Shown: positions 1 to 8,047, counted from the stretch's first letter. The stretch: 10,218 nucleotides of DNA from an uncultured delta proteobacterium (GCA_963715335.1 CAVQRZ010000003.1:1-10218), one strand, 5' to 3'. Notes: generated by a model not told the origin, from the letters alone. Numbers and translations: made by a program.

Positions 1-507
1 GGCAGGCCAGGGGTGAACTTTGAACCGCTCACCGTCGATGAATACGATTTCCCGATTACCCGTGACGTCAGCCGGCGGGTTTTCACTGTCGAAGAACTCC
101 TGGCGACCGTGCGGGCGATTGTCGATGGCAAGATCGGCCCGCTCGACTGGGACGTGCGAAAAGCGGCCCTGGAACCGCATATCGCTGCCCTGGAAGGACG
201 TCTTGCCGCTGACCGGATCGTCGATGTTCTCGATGAGGCCGGCTACCGCGAAGGTCCGCCGCCAGCGCCAAGCATGTCAGATCGTTTCAGCGGATGGTCC
301 CAGACACATTTGCGGACTATCGAGAAACGCATCAACATGCGGCGGCCCGGTCATCGCAACAATATCACCCTGCACGACCACCGCTACCCCGGGATAACGG
401 CGGATGAAATGCTGGCGATGATCGGTCGTTTCGGCAAGCTTCTGGACCGGTTCCATGACCTCAAGGTCAAAAAGCATTCACAGCATCTATACTGGATTTA
501 CCAATAG
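1..507 (+). CDS. 3' part of a putative surface-carbohydrate biosynthesis protein (GT-B-like C-terminal region), 5'-truncated by the window
   Basis: Frame 1 is open from base 1 (GRPG-VNFEPL...), so GTG13 is probably internal. GRPGVNFEP..EYD.P..DVS and G.LAADRIVDVL resemble, from recall, the C-terminal half of surface-polysaccharide GT-B-like proteins (TIGR04396-like). Ends at TAG 505-507. Confidence 0.6.
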   Translation, partial: GRPGVNFEPLTVDEYDFPITRDVSRRVFTVEELLATVRAIVDGKIGPLDWDVRKAALEPHIAALEGRLAADRIVDVLDEAGYREGPPPAPSMSDRFSGWSQTHLRTIEKRINMRRPGHRNNITLHDHRYPGITADEMLAMIGRFGKLLDRFHDLKVKKHSQHLYWIYQ

Positions 508-593
508 TCGTCATTAGATACTCAACGCAAACGGCGGAAGGCTAAAACGGTTTGATCTGCCCTCTGCCCGGGAATACTTTTTTGGGAGAAACC

Positions 594-1685
594 ATGTACA
601 ACGTAAAGATTTATGGCGCCGGCTCCATCGGCAACCACCTGGCCAACGCCTCGCGCCGAATGGGCTGGGACGTGACAATCTGCGACCTGGATCCCGCTGC
701 GCTGCGACGGACCAGGGAAGAGATTTACCCGGCACGCTACGGCCGGTGGGATGAATCGATCCGGCTTTGTACTGCGGCTGAAGCCCCTCGCGAGGGCTTT
801 GACCTGATCTTCATCGGCACCCCGCCCGATTCACACATGAACCTCGCTATCCAGGCGATTGCCGAAAAGCCGAAGGCCGTGCTGGTCGAGAAACCGCTTT
901 GCACTCCGAAAATGGAGAAGGCCGACGAGCTGTACAGCCTGGCGCGGCAAACCGGCGTCGAGGTTTTCGTTGGCTACAACCACGTCGTCAGCTCTGTTGC
1001 CGACAAGGCGATCGAGCTCATCCCGCACCTGGGGGCGGCTGAAACTCTTGACGTTGAATTCCGCGAACATTGGGGCGGGATTTTCACCGCTCACCCCTGG
1101 CTCGATGGGCCACAGGACAGCTACCTGGGTTTCTGGCAGAAAGGCGGCGGTGCCAGCGGCGAGCATTCCCACGCCATCAACCTCTGGCAGCACCTGGCGC
1201 GCAGCCTGGGAGCCGGGCGTGTCACCGAGGTTGATGCGAGCCTGGAATACGTCAAAACCGACCTTGTCGACTACGACAAGCTCTGCCTGCTCAACCTGCG
1301 CACTGAAAACGGTCTGGTCGGACGCGTGGTCCAGGACGTGGTCACCCGACCTGCACGAAAATGGGGCCGCATCCAGGGCAAGGACGGCTACATCGACATC
1401 ACGATCGGCAGCGAAGACCGAATCCAGTGGCAGCATGGCAGCAACCCGAAAGAAGAGATGGTCTTCAAAAAAACCCGCCCGGACGACTTTATCGCCGAGC
1501 TCAAGCACGTTGAGACAGTCCTCAAGGGGAGACCAGATAAAAGCTCGATTTCGCTGGAGTGCGGTCTCGATACCATGCTGATCGTCGCCGCCGCGCACCT
1601 GGCAAACAGTCACGGCAGACGGGTTTTGATCGACTATGCCAAAGGCTACTCTCTCGATGCACTGACGGTCGCATCGAAACAATAA
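594..1685 (+). CDS. Gfo/Idh/MocA family NAD(P)-dependent oxidoreductase (363 aa)
   Basis: N-terminal Rossmann motif IYGAGSIG, family motif VLVEKP, VGYN, and GGASGEHSH. ATG594 follows GGGAGAA (RBS) and is preferred over TTG552. Confidence 0.92.
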   Translation: MYNVKIYGAGSIGNHLANASRRMGWDVTICDLDPAALRRTREEIYPARYGRWDESIRLCTAAEAPREGFDLIFIGTPPDSHMNLAIQAIAEKPKAVLVEKPLCTPKMEKADELYSLARQTGVEVFVGYNHVVSSVADKAIELIPHLGAAETLDVEFREHWGGIFTAHPWLDGPQDSYLGFWQKGGGASGEHSHAINLWQHLARSLGAGRVTEVDASLEYVKTDLVDYDKLCLLNLRTENGLVGRVVQDVVTRPARKWGRIQGKDGYIDITIGSEDRIQWQHGSNPKEEMVFKKTRPDDFIAELKHVETVLKGRPDKSSISLECGLDTMLIVAAAHLANSHGRRVLIDYAKGYSLDALTVASKQ

Positions 1686-1697
1686 ACGGAGGACAAT

Positions 1698-3246
1698 GTG
1701 AACAAGAAATTTGACTTTAGAGATCTCCTGATCCTGGACATGGCCAACAACCACCAGGGTGACGTGGAGCACGGGCTCAATATTGTTCGTTCCTTCGCCA
1801 AGGTCGTCAAGGATTGCAACGCGCGTGCCGCACTGAAATTCCAGTTCCGCCAACTCGATACCTTCATTCACCAGGAGCACCAGAAGAACAGCGACCACAA
1901 GCAGGTCCAGCGCTTCCTGTCGACGCGCCTGCCCTGGGACAAATTCCAGAGGCTGCTCGACGAGGTCCGTGCCCAGGGCATGGTCACCATGTGTACACCT
2001 TTTGACGAGGCCTCGGTCGACATCATCTGCGATATGGGTTTCGATGTGATCAAGGTGGCAAGTTGCTCGGGCAAGGACTGGCCCCTCCTCGAAAAAGTTG
2101 CCGATGCCGACAAACCGGTGATTTTTTCGACCGGCGGCCTGACCCTGCGTGACATAGACAACCTGGTCAGCTTCTTCCAGCACCGGGGAGTCCGGTTTCG
2201 CTATAATGCACTGCGTAGCGATCTACCCGACCCCCGACGCGAACATGAACATGCGTCAGATCGCCCTGTTGAAAAACCGCTATCCGGGCATTCATGTCGG
2301 CTGGTCCACCCACGAATCGCCATCGGACATGACCCCCGTGCAGCTGGCTGTCGCCCTGGGCGCAGAGCTGTTTGAGCGCCATGTCGGGATTGCGACGAAA
2401 GACTCACCACTCAATGCTTATTCATCGACACCGGAGCAGATCGGCGAATGGATCGTTGCCAAGCAGAGGGCCCAGGTGCTGTGTGGGCCAAAGCAACGCC
2501 AGCCGGCTTCAGACGCCGAGCAGAACGCCATCGATGGCCTGAAGCGCGGGGTTTATGCCAGGCGCAAGATCCGCAAGGGCGCCGTGATCGAAAGTGACCA
2601 GGTTTACTTCGCCATCCCTTATACCGACGGACAGCTCGATAGCGGCAAATTCAGGCCGGGCATCGTCAGCAAGGGCGATGTCGCTGCAAACAAGCCGATT
2701 TTCGAGGACAAGGTCGCCCTGCCCGGCTCTGAAGATGAGCTGGTGATCAAGCATGCAGTCCATGAGGTCAAAGCGATGCTCAACGAAGCGAGAATTCACC
2801 TCGGCCCGGAGTTCAAGGTCGAATACTCGCATCATTACGGGATTCCGAAGTTCCTTGAGACCGGTGCGGTCCTGATCGAATGCGTCACCCGTGACTACTG
2901 CAAAAAGCTTGTCGTGCAGTTGCCCGGCCAGAAGCATCCATCCCACTATCACGCTCTGAAAGAAGAAACCTTCCAGGTGCTCTACGGGCAGCTGGAATGC
3001 ACCGTTGATGGTCATCACCGGACGCTCGTGCCCGGTGAAAGCGTGGTTGTCATGCCGGGGGTCTGGCACTCGTTCGGCACTGAAGACGGCGTCATCTTCG
3101 AGGAGATTTCCAGCCGTGATCACGACAACGACTCTTTCTACGAGGACAAGAGCATCAACAAGCTGTCCAGGGCAGAGAGAAAGACCGTTGTCGACCACTG
3201 GGGACGTTTTCAGATCAAGGCCATGACGGGTCAGACCAAGGCCTGA
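1698..3246 (+). CDS. neuB: NeuB/SpsE-family PEP-dependent ulosonate synthase with SAF/AFP-like domain and C-terminal cupin; frameshifted at ~2196-2198 (515 aa if one base is removed)
   Basis: ORF 1698..2375 carries MANNHQG, ALKFQ, CTPFD, KVAS and KPVIFSTGG. ORF 2206..3246 continues with MHCVAIYP, GWSTHE, FERH, the SAF-like KRGVYARRKIRKG and a cupin. Removing one T from CGG TTT CGC gives the continuous HRGVRFAIMHCVAIYP. GGAGG RBS at 1688-1692 precedes GTG1698. The symbol denotes family only. Confidence 0.9.
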
Positions 3247-3262
3247 TTGGGGACATCCCGGC

Positions 3263-3937
3263 ATGATCAAATGCGTCGTCTTTGATTTTGATGGCACCCT
3301 GGTCGACTCCAACGAGATCAAAAGAGAAGCCTTCTTTGAAATTGCTCGTCCCTGGGACTCTTCCGGAGAGGTCGTTGCAGAGGTTTTCGAGCGCTGGCCG
3401 GCCGCCAATCGCTATGAGAAAACCCGCAGGATTGCAGAAGAGTTGATCGACAGGAACCTCTTGCCAGCCGACTCCCCGCCGGAATACTGGGCCGCGCGCC
3501 TGGCCGACGATTACACGGCAAGATGCGAAACAGCCATCGCCCGGTGCGCGGAGATGCCTGGCGCAACAGCCGCCCTGGAAAAGCTTTCCGAAACAGGCTT
3601 GCTCTTGTTCGTCAATTCAGCTACGCCGGTCATCCCGCTGCGGCATCTGACGAAGTTGCGCAACTGGGATCATTATTTCCAGGCCGTCTACGGCGCGGAA
3701 GCCAGCAAAGCTGAGAACCTCCTGAGCATTGCCAAAAAATTCGGCACAGAACGAACCGAAATGGTTCATGTCGGCGACCAGCTTGACGACCAGCGCGGCG
3801 CGGAACTGTTCGGCTGCCACTTCGTTGCCATGACAGCAGGTATTGCCAAATCAACAGTCAGGAAGAGTCCTCAGCGCGTAGATGACCTGCGGGACCTGCC
3901 GGCCCTGCTGGACGGAATATCCCGGGAGGCATCATGA
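3263..3937 (+). CDS. HAD-superfamily hydrolase/phosphatase (subfamily I, C1 cap)
   Basis: Motif I FDFDGTLVDS, motif II VNSAT, motif III K (SKAEN), motif IV HVGDQLDD. Its stop overlaps the next start (ATGA 3934-3937). Confidence 0.92.
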   Translation: MIKCVVFDFDGTLVDSNEIKREAFFEIARPWDSSGEVVAEVFERWPAANRYEKTRRIAEELIDRNLLPADSPPEYWAARLADDYTARCETAIARCAEMPGATAALEKLSETGLLLFVNSATPVIPLRHLTKLRNWDHYFQAVYGAEASKAENLLSIAKKFGTERTEMVHVGDQLDDQRGAELFGCHFVAMTAGIAKSTVRKSPQRVDDLRDLPALLDGISREAS

Positions 3938-4650
3938 TCGACGGACAACGCATCCTTGTGGTCTGCCCCGCGCGTGGCGGCAGCAAGGGGATCCCACTGA
4001 AAAACCTGCAGCCTTTTCTCGGCGTGCCGCTGGTCGCTCGCGTCGGCCACCTGGTCAAGGAAATCCCTTCTATTGACCGGGCAATCGTCTCGACCGATTC
4101 AAAAGAGATCGCCGACGTAGCCAGAGATGCGGGCCTCGATGTGCCGTTCTACCGCCCGGAAGACCTCTCCGGCGACCGGATCTCCGATCTGGAGGTCCTG
4201 TCTCATGCACTGGTCGAAATGGAGCGACAGGACAAAGTGACCTACGACATTGTCGTCATGTTGCAACCGACCTCCCCGCTGAGACGCACAGAACACGTGA
4301 GCGATACAATCCGGATGCTGATTGACGGCGGCTGGGACGCGGTCTGGACAGTCTCCGAAACAGACTCGAAGAATCATCCCCTGAAGCAGTTGACAGTAAG
4401 CGATCATCGCCTCGATTACTATGACCAGTCCGGCAAGCAGATCATCGCCCGCCAGCAACTGGTCCCCGTTTACCACCGCAACGGCGTCGCCTACGCGATC
4501 AGGCGCAACTGCTTGTTGGAACAGAAGAGCATCAAGGGAGAACGCACCGGGGCGCTGATCCTGGAGGGGGACCTGGTCAGTATCGATACTTACTGGGATC
4601 TGGAGCTGGCGGAGTATATTTACATGAAACAACAAAGGGAGACCGGATAG
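3934..4650 (+). CDS. neuA: Acylneuraminate cytidylyltransferase family (CMP-ulosonate synthetase)
   Basis: PARGGSKGIPLKN, IVSTDS, RP..LSGD, LQPTSPLR, NG..Y and SIDT..D motifs of the NeuA/CTP_transf_3 family. The symbol denotes family only. Confidence 0.95.
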   Translation: MIDGQRILVVCPARGGSKGIPLKNLQPFLGVPLVARVGHLVKEIPSIDRAIVSTDSKEIADVARDAGLDVPFYRPEDLSGDRISDLEVLSHALVEMERQDKVTYDIVVMLQPTSPLRRTEHVSDTIRMLIDGGWDAVWTVSETDSKNHPLKQLTVSDHRLDYYDQSGKQIIARQQLVPVYHRNGVAYAIRRNCLLEQKSIKGERTGALILEGDLVSIDTYWDLELAEYIYMKQQRETG

Positions 4651-5628
4651 ATGGAATTTTCGCGAGAAAATTTTACAAAATATCCGTGTCTTCTTTGTGG
4701 GCACAACGAATTTGCTCACCTGATCGATCAGGTTGACAGGCATCGCCTGCCCGTTTCATTGAGCGTCTGTCGGAGATGCGGGCTTCGCCAGCTTAACCCC
4801 AGGATAGACGACGCAGGATTGGAACAATTCTACTCGTCAGAATATTACAAGCTCTACTCGATGGATAAGAGGGCCAAGAGTGACAAGTGGGTCAAGCGGA
4901 AACAAGGCATTGCCTCGGGGATCCTGGACGCCCTTGAAAAACACCGGCCCTTAAATGGCCTCAGGTTGCTGGATATCGGCTGCGGTCATGGGTTTCTCAT
5001 TACTGAGGCCATGGCAAGAGGGGCATCGGTGTCCGGTGTCGAGCCTTCCGTCAAGCATGCGGCACGACTCAGCGAGAAAGGGTTCGAGGTGTTTACCGGG
5101 ACCCTGGAGCAATTCGTCGCAAAGCAGTGCGGGCAGTACGACATTGTTACAAGCTCACATGTCCTCGAACACAGCAGCAATCCGGGACAGTTCCTTAAAG
5201 ATGCAAGCACTCTTCTGGCCAAGGACGGACTGCTGTGTGCCGAGGTCCCGAATGCTGACTGGCAAACGATCTACGGGGGGCACCCCGTTTCAATCCATAC
5301 CGCCCACCTCTGTTACCACACAGAACGTTCTCTGAGGGCCCTTTTCGAGACCTCCGGGTTGAAAGTCCTGTCAACGACATATGGCCTCAATGGTGGTTCC
5401 GTCAGGGCCGTCAGCGCGCCTGGGCGACAAGAGCTGTTGGAAAAGATGGCCCTCGACGATCCAATGGAAGTCCAAAGGGCAACACTGCTTGCTTTCAAAA
5501 GACATACCGCACCGTGGCCCTTCAAACAGTTCTGGTATGCGATAAGAATGGCTCGTAAGGGGGTTGCCAAGGCACGCTTCAAACGAGCCCAGAAGGCAGG
5601 ATTGAATGCGCCGAGACAGTCCGGTTAG
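4651..5628 (+). CDS. Class I SAM-dependent methyltransferase with N-terminal Zn-ribbon (glycan-locus type)
   Basis: CLLC...CRRC pair, SAM motif LLDIGCGHG, GVEPS, YDIV..SHVLEH, EVPN. The ATG directly follows the TAG of the neuA-like gene. Confidence 0.9.
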   Translation: MEFSRENFTKYPCLLCGHNEFAHLIDQVDRHRLPVSLSVCRRCGLRQLNPRIDDAGLEQFYSSEYYKLYSMDKRAKSDKWVKRKQGIASGILDALEKHRPLNGLRLLDIGCGHGFLITEAMARGASVSGVEPSVKHAARLSEKGFEVFTGTLEQFVAKQCGQYDIVTSSHVLEHSSNPGQFLKDASTLLAKDGLLCAEVPNADWQTIYGGHPVSIHTAHLCYHTERSLRALFETSGLKVLSTTYGLNGGSVRAVSAPGRQELLEKMALDDPMEVQRATLLAFKRHTAPWPFKQFWYAIRMARKGVAKARFKRAQKAGLNAPRQSG

Positions 5629-5726
5629 TGTGAGCAAGCCGCCATTTTTTGTCGATCAGCAAAGCAAGACGCACCGTATTCGCTTAAACCAGCCCTCGCC
5701 TCTTTCAAAATAGCAAGGCATTGTAA

Positions 5727-6942
5727 ATGTCCAGAAATCTTACCAAGAAGATCAACCGATATTATGCCAAATCATTAATTCTAATCGCTCCGTTTTACAA
5801 CTGGGCATTCAAGGCTTTTGACAAGGCCCAACAGGGTTCCGGACCGAAACGTATTATCCTGCTCGTCAGCCGCCCTCAAGATGTCGAATTGCTAATTGGG
5901 CTGCACGAGACAGCATTGCACCGACAAAACACTGAAGTAACCTTCTGGGTCGTCGATAGTTGTGTTCGCAGGTATCCTGAAGTTCTTGCCCAGCTGAAAG
6001 AGAAAAAGGCTGTGGTCACACAGGTGGTCAGCCATGCCGGTTTGGCAAAATGCCTGAAAACATTGATGCGGTCCGATGTTTTTCTGTCCACTGTTGAATC
6101 ATCAGCCGCCAAAAACAAACTGCCTTATATAATCACCCGGCTGGCCAACAAGATGAACGTTGCAACCTATACATTGCAACATGGGTTCCCTAACTTAGGC
6201 CTCAGTTTTTGTGATCATGTTTATGGGCCCGATATCAAGTTTGCAGCTAAAACCGTTCTGACCTGGGGTCCCGTCGAGTCTTTACCCGCTTGGGTCAGCA
6301 AAGAAACGCGGAGCAAAGCTGTAGCCGTAGGATGCCCAAAGAAACTGGTGCTTTTTAACAACGACTTGCGCAAACCGAAAAGCGAACGCCCTATAATCGG
6401 TGTTTTCGAGAACCTGCATGGTCACATCTTCAACAAGGAGTATGTGGCTTCATTTTTGGCCCACTTGCAGGAGACAGCAAGGCAACGAAAAGATTTGCGA
6501 TTTATTCTCAAGCCACACCCTGCATCCTTGCGGCTGCGCAGCAAGGAACTCTCGAATCTTTTCGACCATCTTGAAGACGTGGAGATCACTGGCAGATTCG
6601 ACGAAGTGACTCCGGCCTATACCACGCCCTGGTTGTTGGCCAATGCTGCAGGCATCATAACGACCCCTTCTACTGTTGCACTTGACGGGGCCATGCTTGG
6701 CGTCCCCGTGGCAATGACTCTTTACGGCCTCGATTCCTTTCGCTCCCTCTATTCTCCGCTCTTCATGCTGGAGAGCAGAGAAGATTGGGAGTCCTTCCTT
6801 AGCAAGCTAAATGACGGGGATGAACTAAAGAGGAAAAATGAAGAATTTCTCGGACGGGTGATAGTGCTCTGGAGATGCAGCATCCAGGATACTGGATCTC
6901 ATGACTGTCGGGGCAAAAGACCGGATCCGATCGGAAGGCTAG
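5727..6942 (+). CDS. Putative GT-B glycosyl/phospho-transferase (capsule/teichoic-acid/ulosonate-transferase-like); apparent frameshift at ~6867-6870 (404 aa corrected; uncorrected ORF runs to 7160)
   Basis: TLQHG (QHG at 6177-6185), VLTWG, VGCPK, ILKPHP (KPHP at 6510-6521), IITTPSTVALDG..LGVPV. The +1 frame from 6871 reads GDAASRILDLM...EG* (TAG 6940-6942), a typical GT-B terminal helix, and ends 10 bp before the convergent gene. Confidence 0.7.
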
Positions 6943-6952
6943 ATTCAGACTT

Positions 6953-8047
6953 TTATTCAAAACTGTTCGCCTGCAGCAAAAGATCATCCCAACGCTGCTT
7001 GAAGGTGCGATACAGAGCAGGGTTTTCAGAGACCACCAGCAATTCGTGGTTGACGTGCAGAGACCTTACCGAGAGGTTCATGCTGCCGACCGTCACGACC
7101 TGGCGCTCAGGTGTCTCGATCAGCATAAATTTGTTATGCATGGGCAACCCTTCCGGGTGAACATAGCGATTAAAGGTGATGCCGTTCTCAAGCATTTGTC
7201 TCTCAACCCAGGAAGGAACTCGTCGTTGCGTATCATGAGCAAGTATTTCGATCTGGACACCCTTTCGGGCCATGTCTAAAAGACGTTTGCAGATACCGGG
7301 GTCATTGAGATGAGAAACAGCCAGTCTCAAGCTGTCGCCTTTGCCCAGCCCCGCGAATATTCCGTCAAAATCCTTCCTCTGCGTTCTCGGGAAAAACAGG
7401 ATCCTGGTTGCTCCTGAAGTGATCACCCGGTTACTTTCCGGCATGAACCGTTCCCACGGTCCGTGAGTCATTTGAAACATGCGCAACGCATGCCTGTGAA
7501 GCCCCATGGCCAGGACGGGTTCAAGGATTTCGACCAAAACGTTGTGCCCCCGGTCCTGATCGCCAATCTTGCGTATCACCGCCGGGTCTTCAGGCGTATT
7601 GCCGGAAGGGTTGAAAGTCCCCACCAAAGCACTCGGTACAGGATGGCTGAAATAGTAGAGTTTTTCATGCAACCGGCATTTTCTCAGAAATCGGTTGTCG
7701 ATCATTCGATGCTTGAGGATACGCAGGTCCTTTCCCAGCGCATCCTCAGCCGCCAGATTTTTTTGTACCTTGCTGTTAACAGCTCCGGTGCGCGGATTCC
7801 CTTCCATGACAACCCGTACCTTAACCCCTCTTCTGCGGGCCTGCAGAAGCGCCTTCGCCAGACCTTCATCTCTGAAATAATAGGTAATCCACAGGATCTC
7901 CCCACCTGCAGGAACTGCATTGATGCGCTCCTCCAGAAGGTCACGCAAGAACCGGGACGGTCGATCAGGGCCTCCCCAGAAAACCGGGAAGGGTTTCTCA
8001 GTGGATTGACCGTTTATTGATTCCTGGAAAACTGGCAATATTCGCAT
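6953..8047 (-). CDS. Phospholipase D superfamily protein with two HKD-like domains
   Basis: ITYYFRD..LAKALLQARRRGVKVRVV, HEKLYYFS...VGTFN, MARKGVQIEIL, HNKFMLIE...VGSMNLS.RSL..NHE. No obvious signal peptide or transmembrane helices. The start is uncertain. Confidence 0.88.
   Translation of the reverse strand: MRILPVFQESINGQSTEKPFPVFWGGPDRPSRFLRDLLEERINAVPAGGEILWITYYFRDEGLAKALLQARRRGVKVRVVMEGNPRTGAVNSKVQKNLAAEDALGKDLRILKHRMIDNRFLRKCRLHEKLYYFSHPVPSALVGTFNPSGNTPEDPAVIRKIGDQDRGHNVLVEILEPVLAMGLHRHALRMFQMTHGPWERFMPESNRVITSGATRILFFPRTQRKDFDGIFAGLGKGDSLRLAVSHLNDPGICKRLLDMARKGVQIEILAHDTQRRVPSWVERQMLENGITFNRYVHPEGLPMHNKFMLIETPERQVVTVGSMNLSVRSLHVNHELLVVSENPALYRTFKQRWDDLLLQANSFE

Noticed and set aside
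533..540. GGCGGAAG resembling the ops element (GGCGGTAG)
   Set aside because: Mismatch at a conserved position and no JUMPstart context; likely chance.
552..593. N-terminal extension from TTG552
   Set aside because: ATG594 has a good RBS and places the Rossmann motif at the N-terminus as expected.
831..2183. 450-aa minus-strand ORF (also 2509..3408 and 4099..4743)
   Set aside because: Antisense shadows of well-supported + strand genes with GC-rich codon bias, with no recognisable motifs.
2206..3246. Independent gene starting at ATG2206
   Set aside because: It begins mid-TIM-barrel at the conserved MHC motif, so it is better explained as the frameshifted continuation of the gene starting at 1698.
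2184..6872. Phase variation by simple-sequence repeats at the two frameshift sites
   Set aside because: The sites are TTT (near GGGG) and CTCT, too short for typical slipped-strand contingency tracts.
7463..8020. 185-aa + strand ORF and other short alternative-frame ORFs
   Set aside because: They lie opposite or within motif-bearing genes and have no family features.
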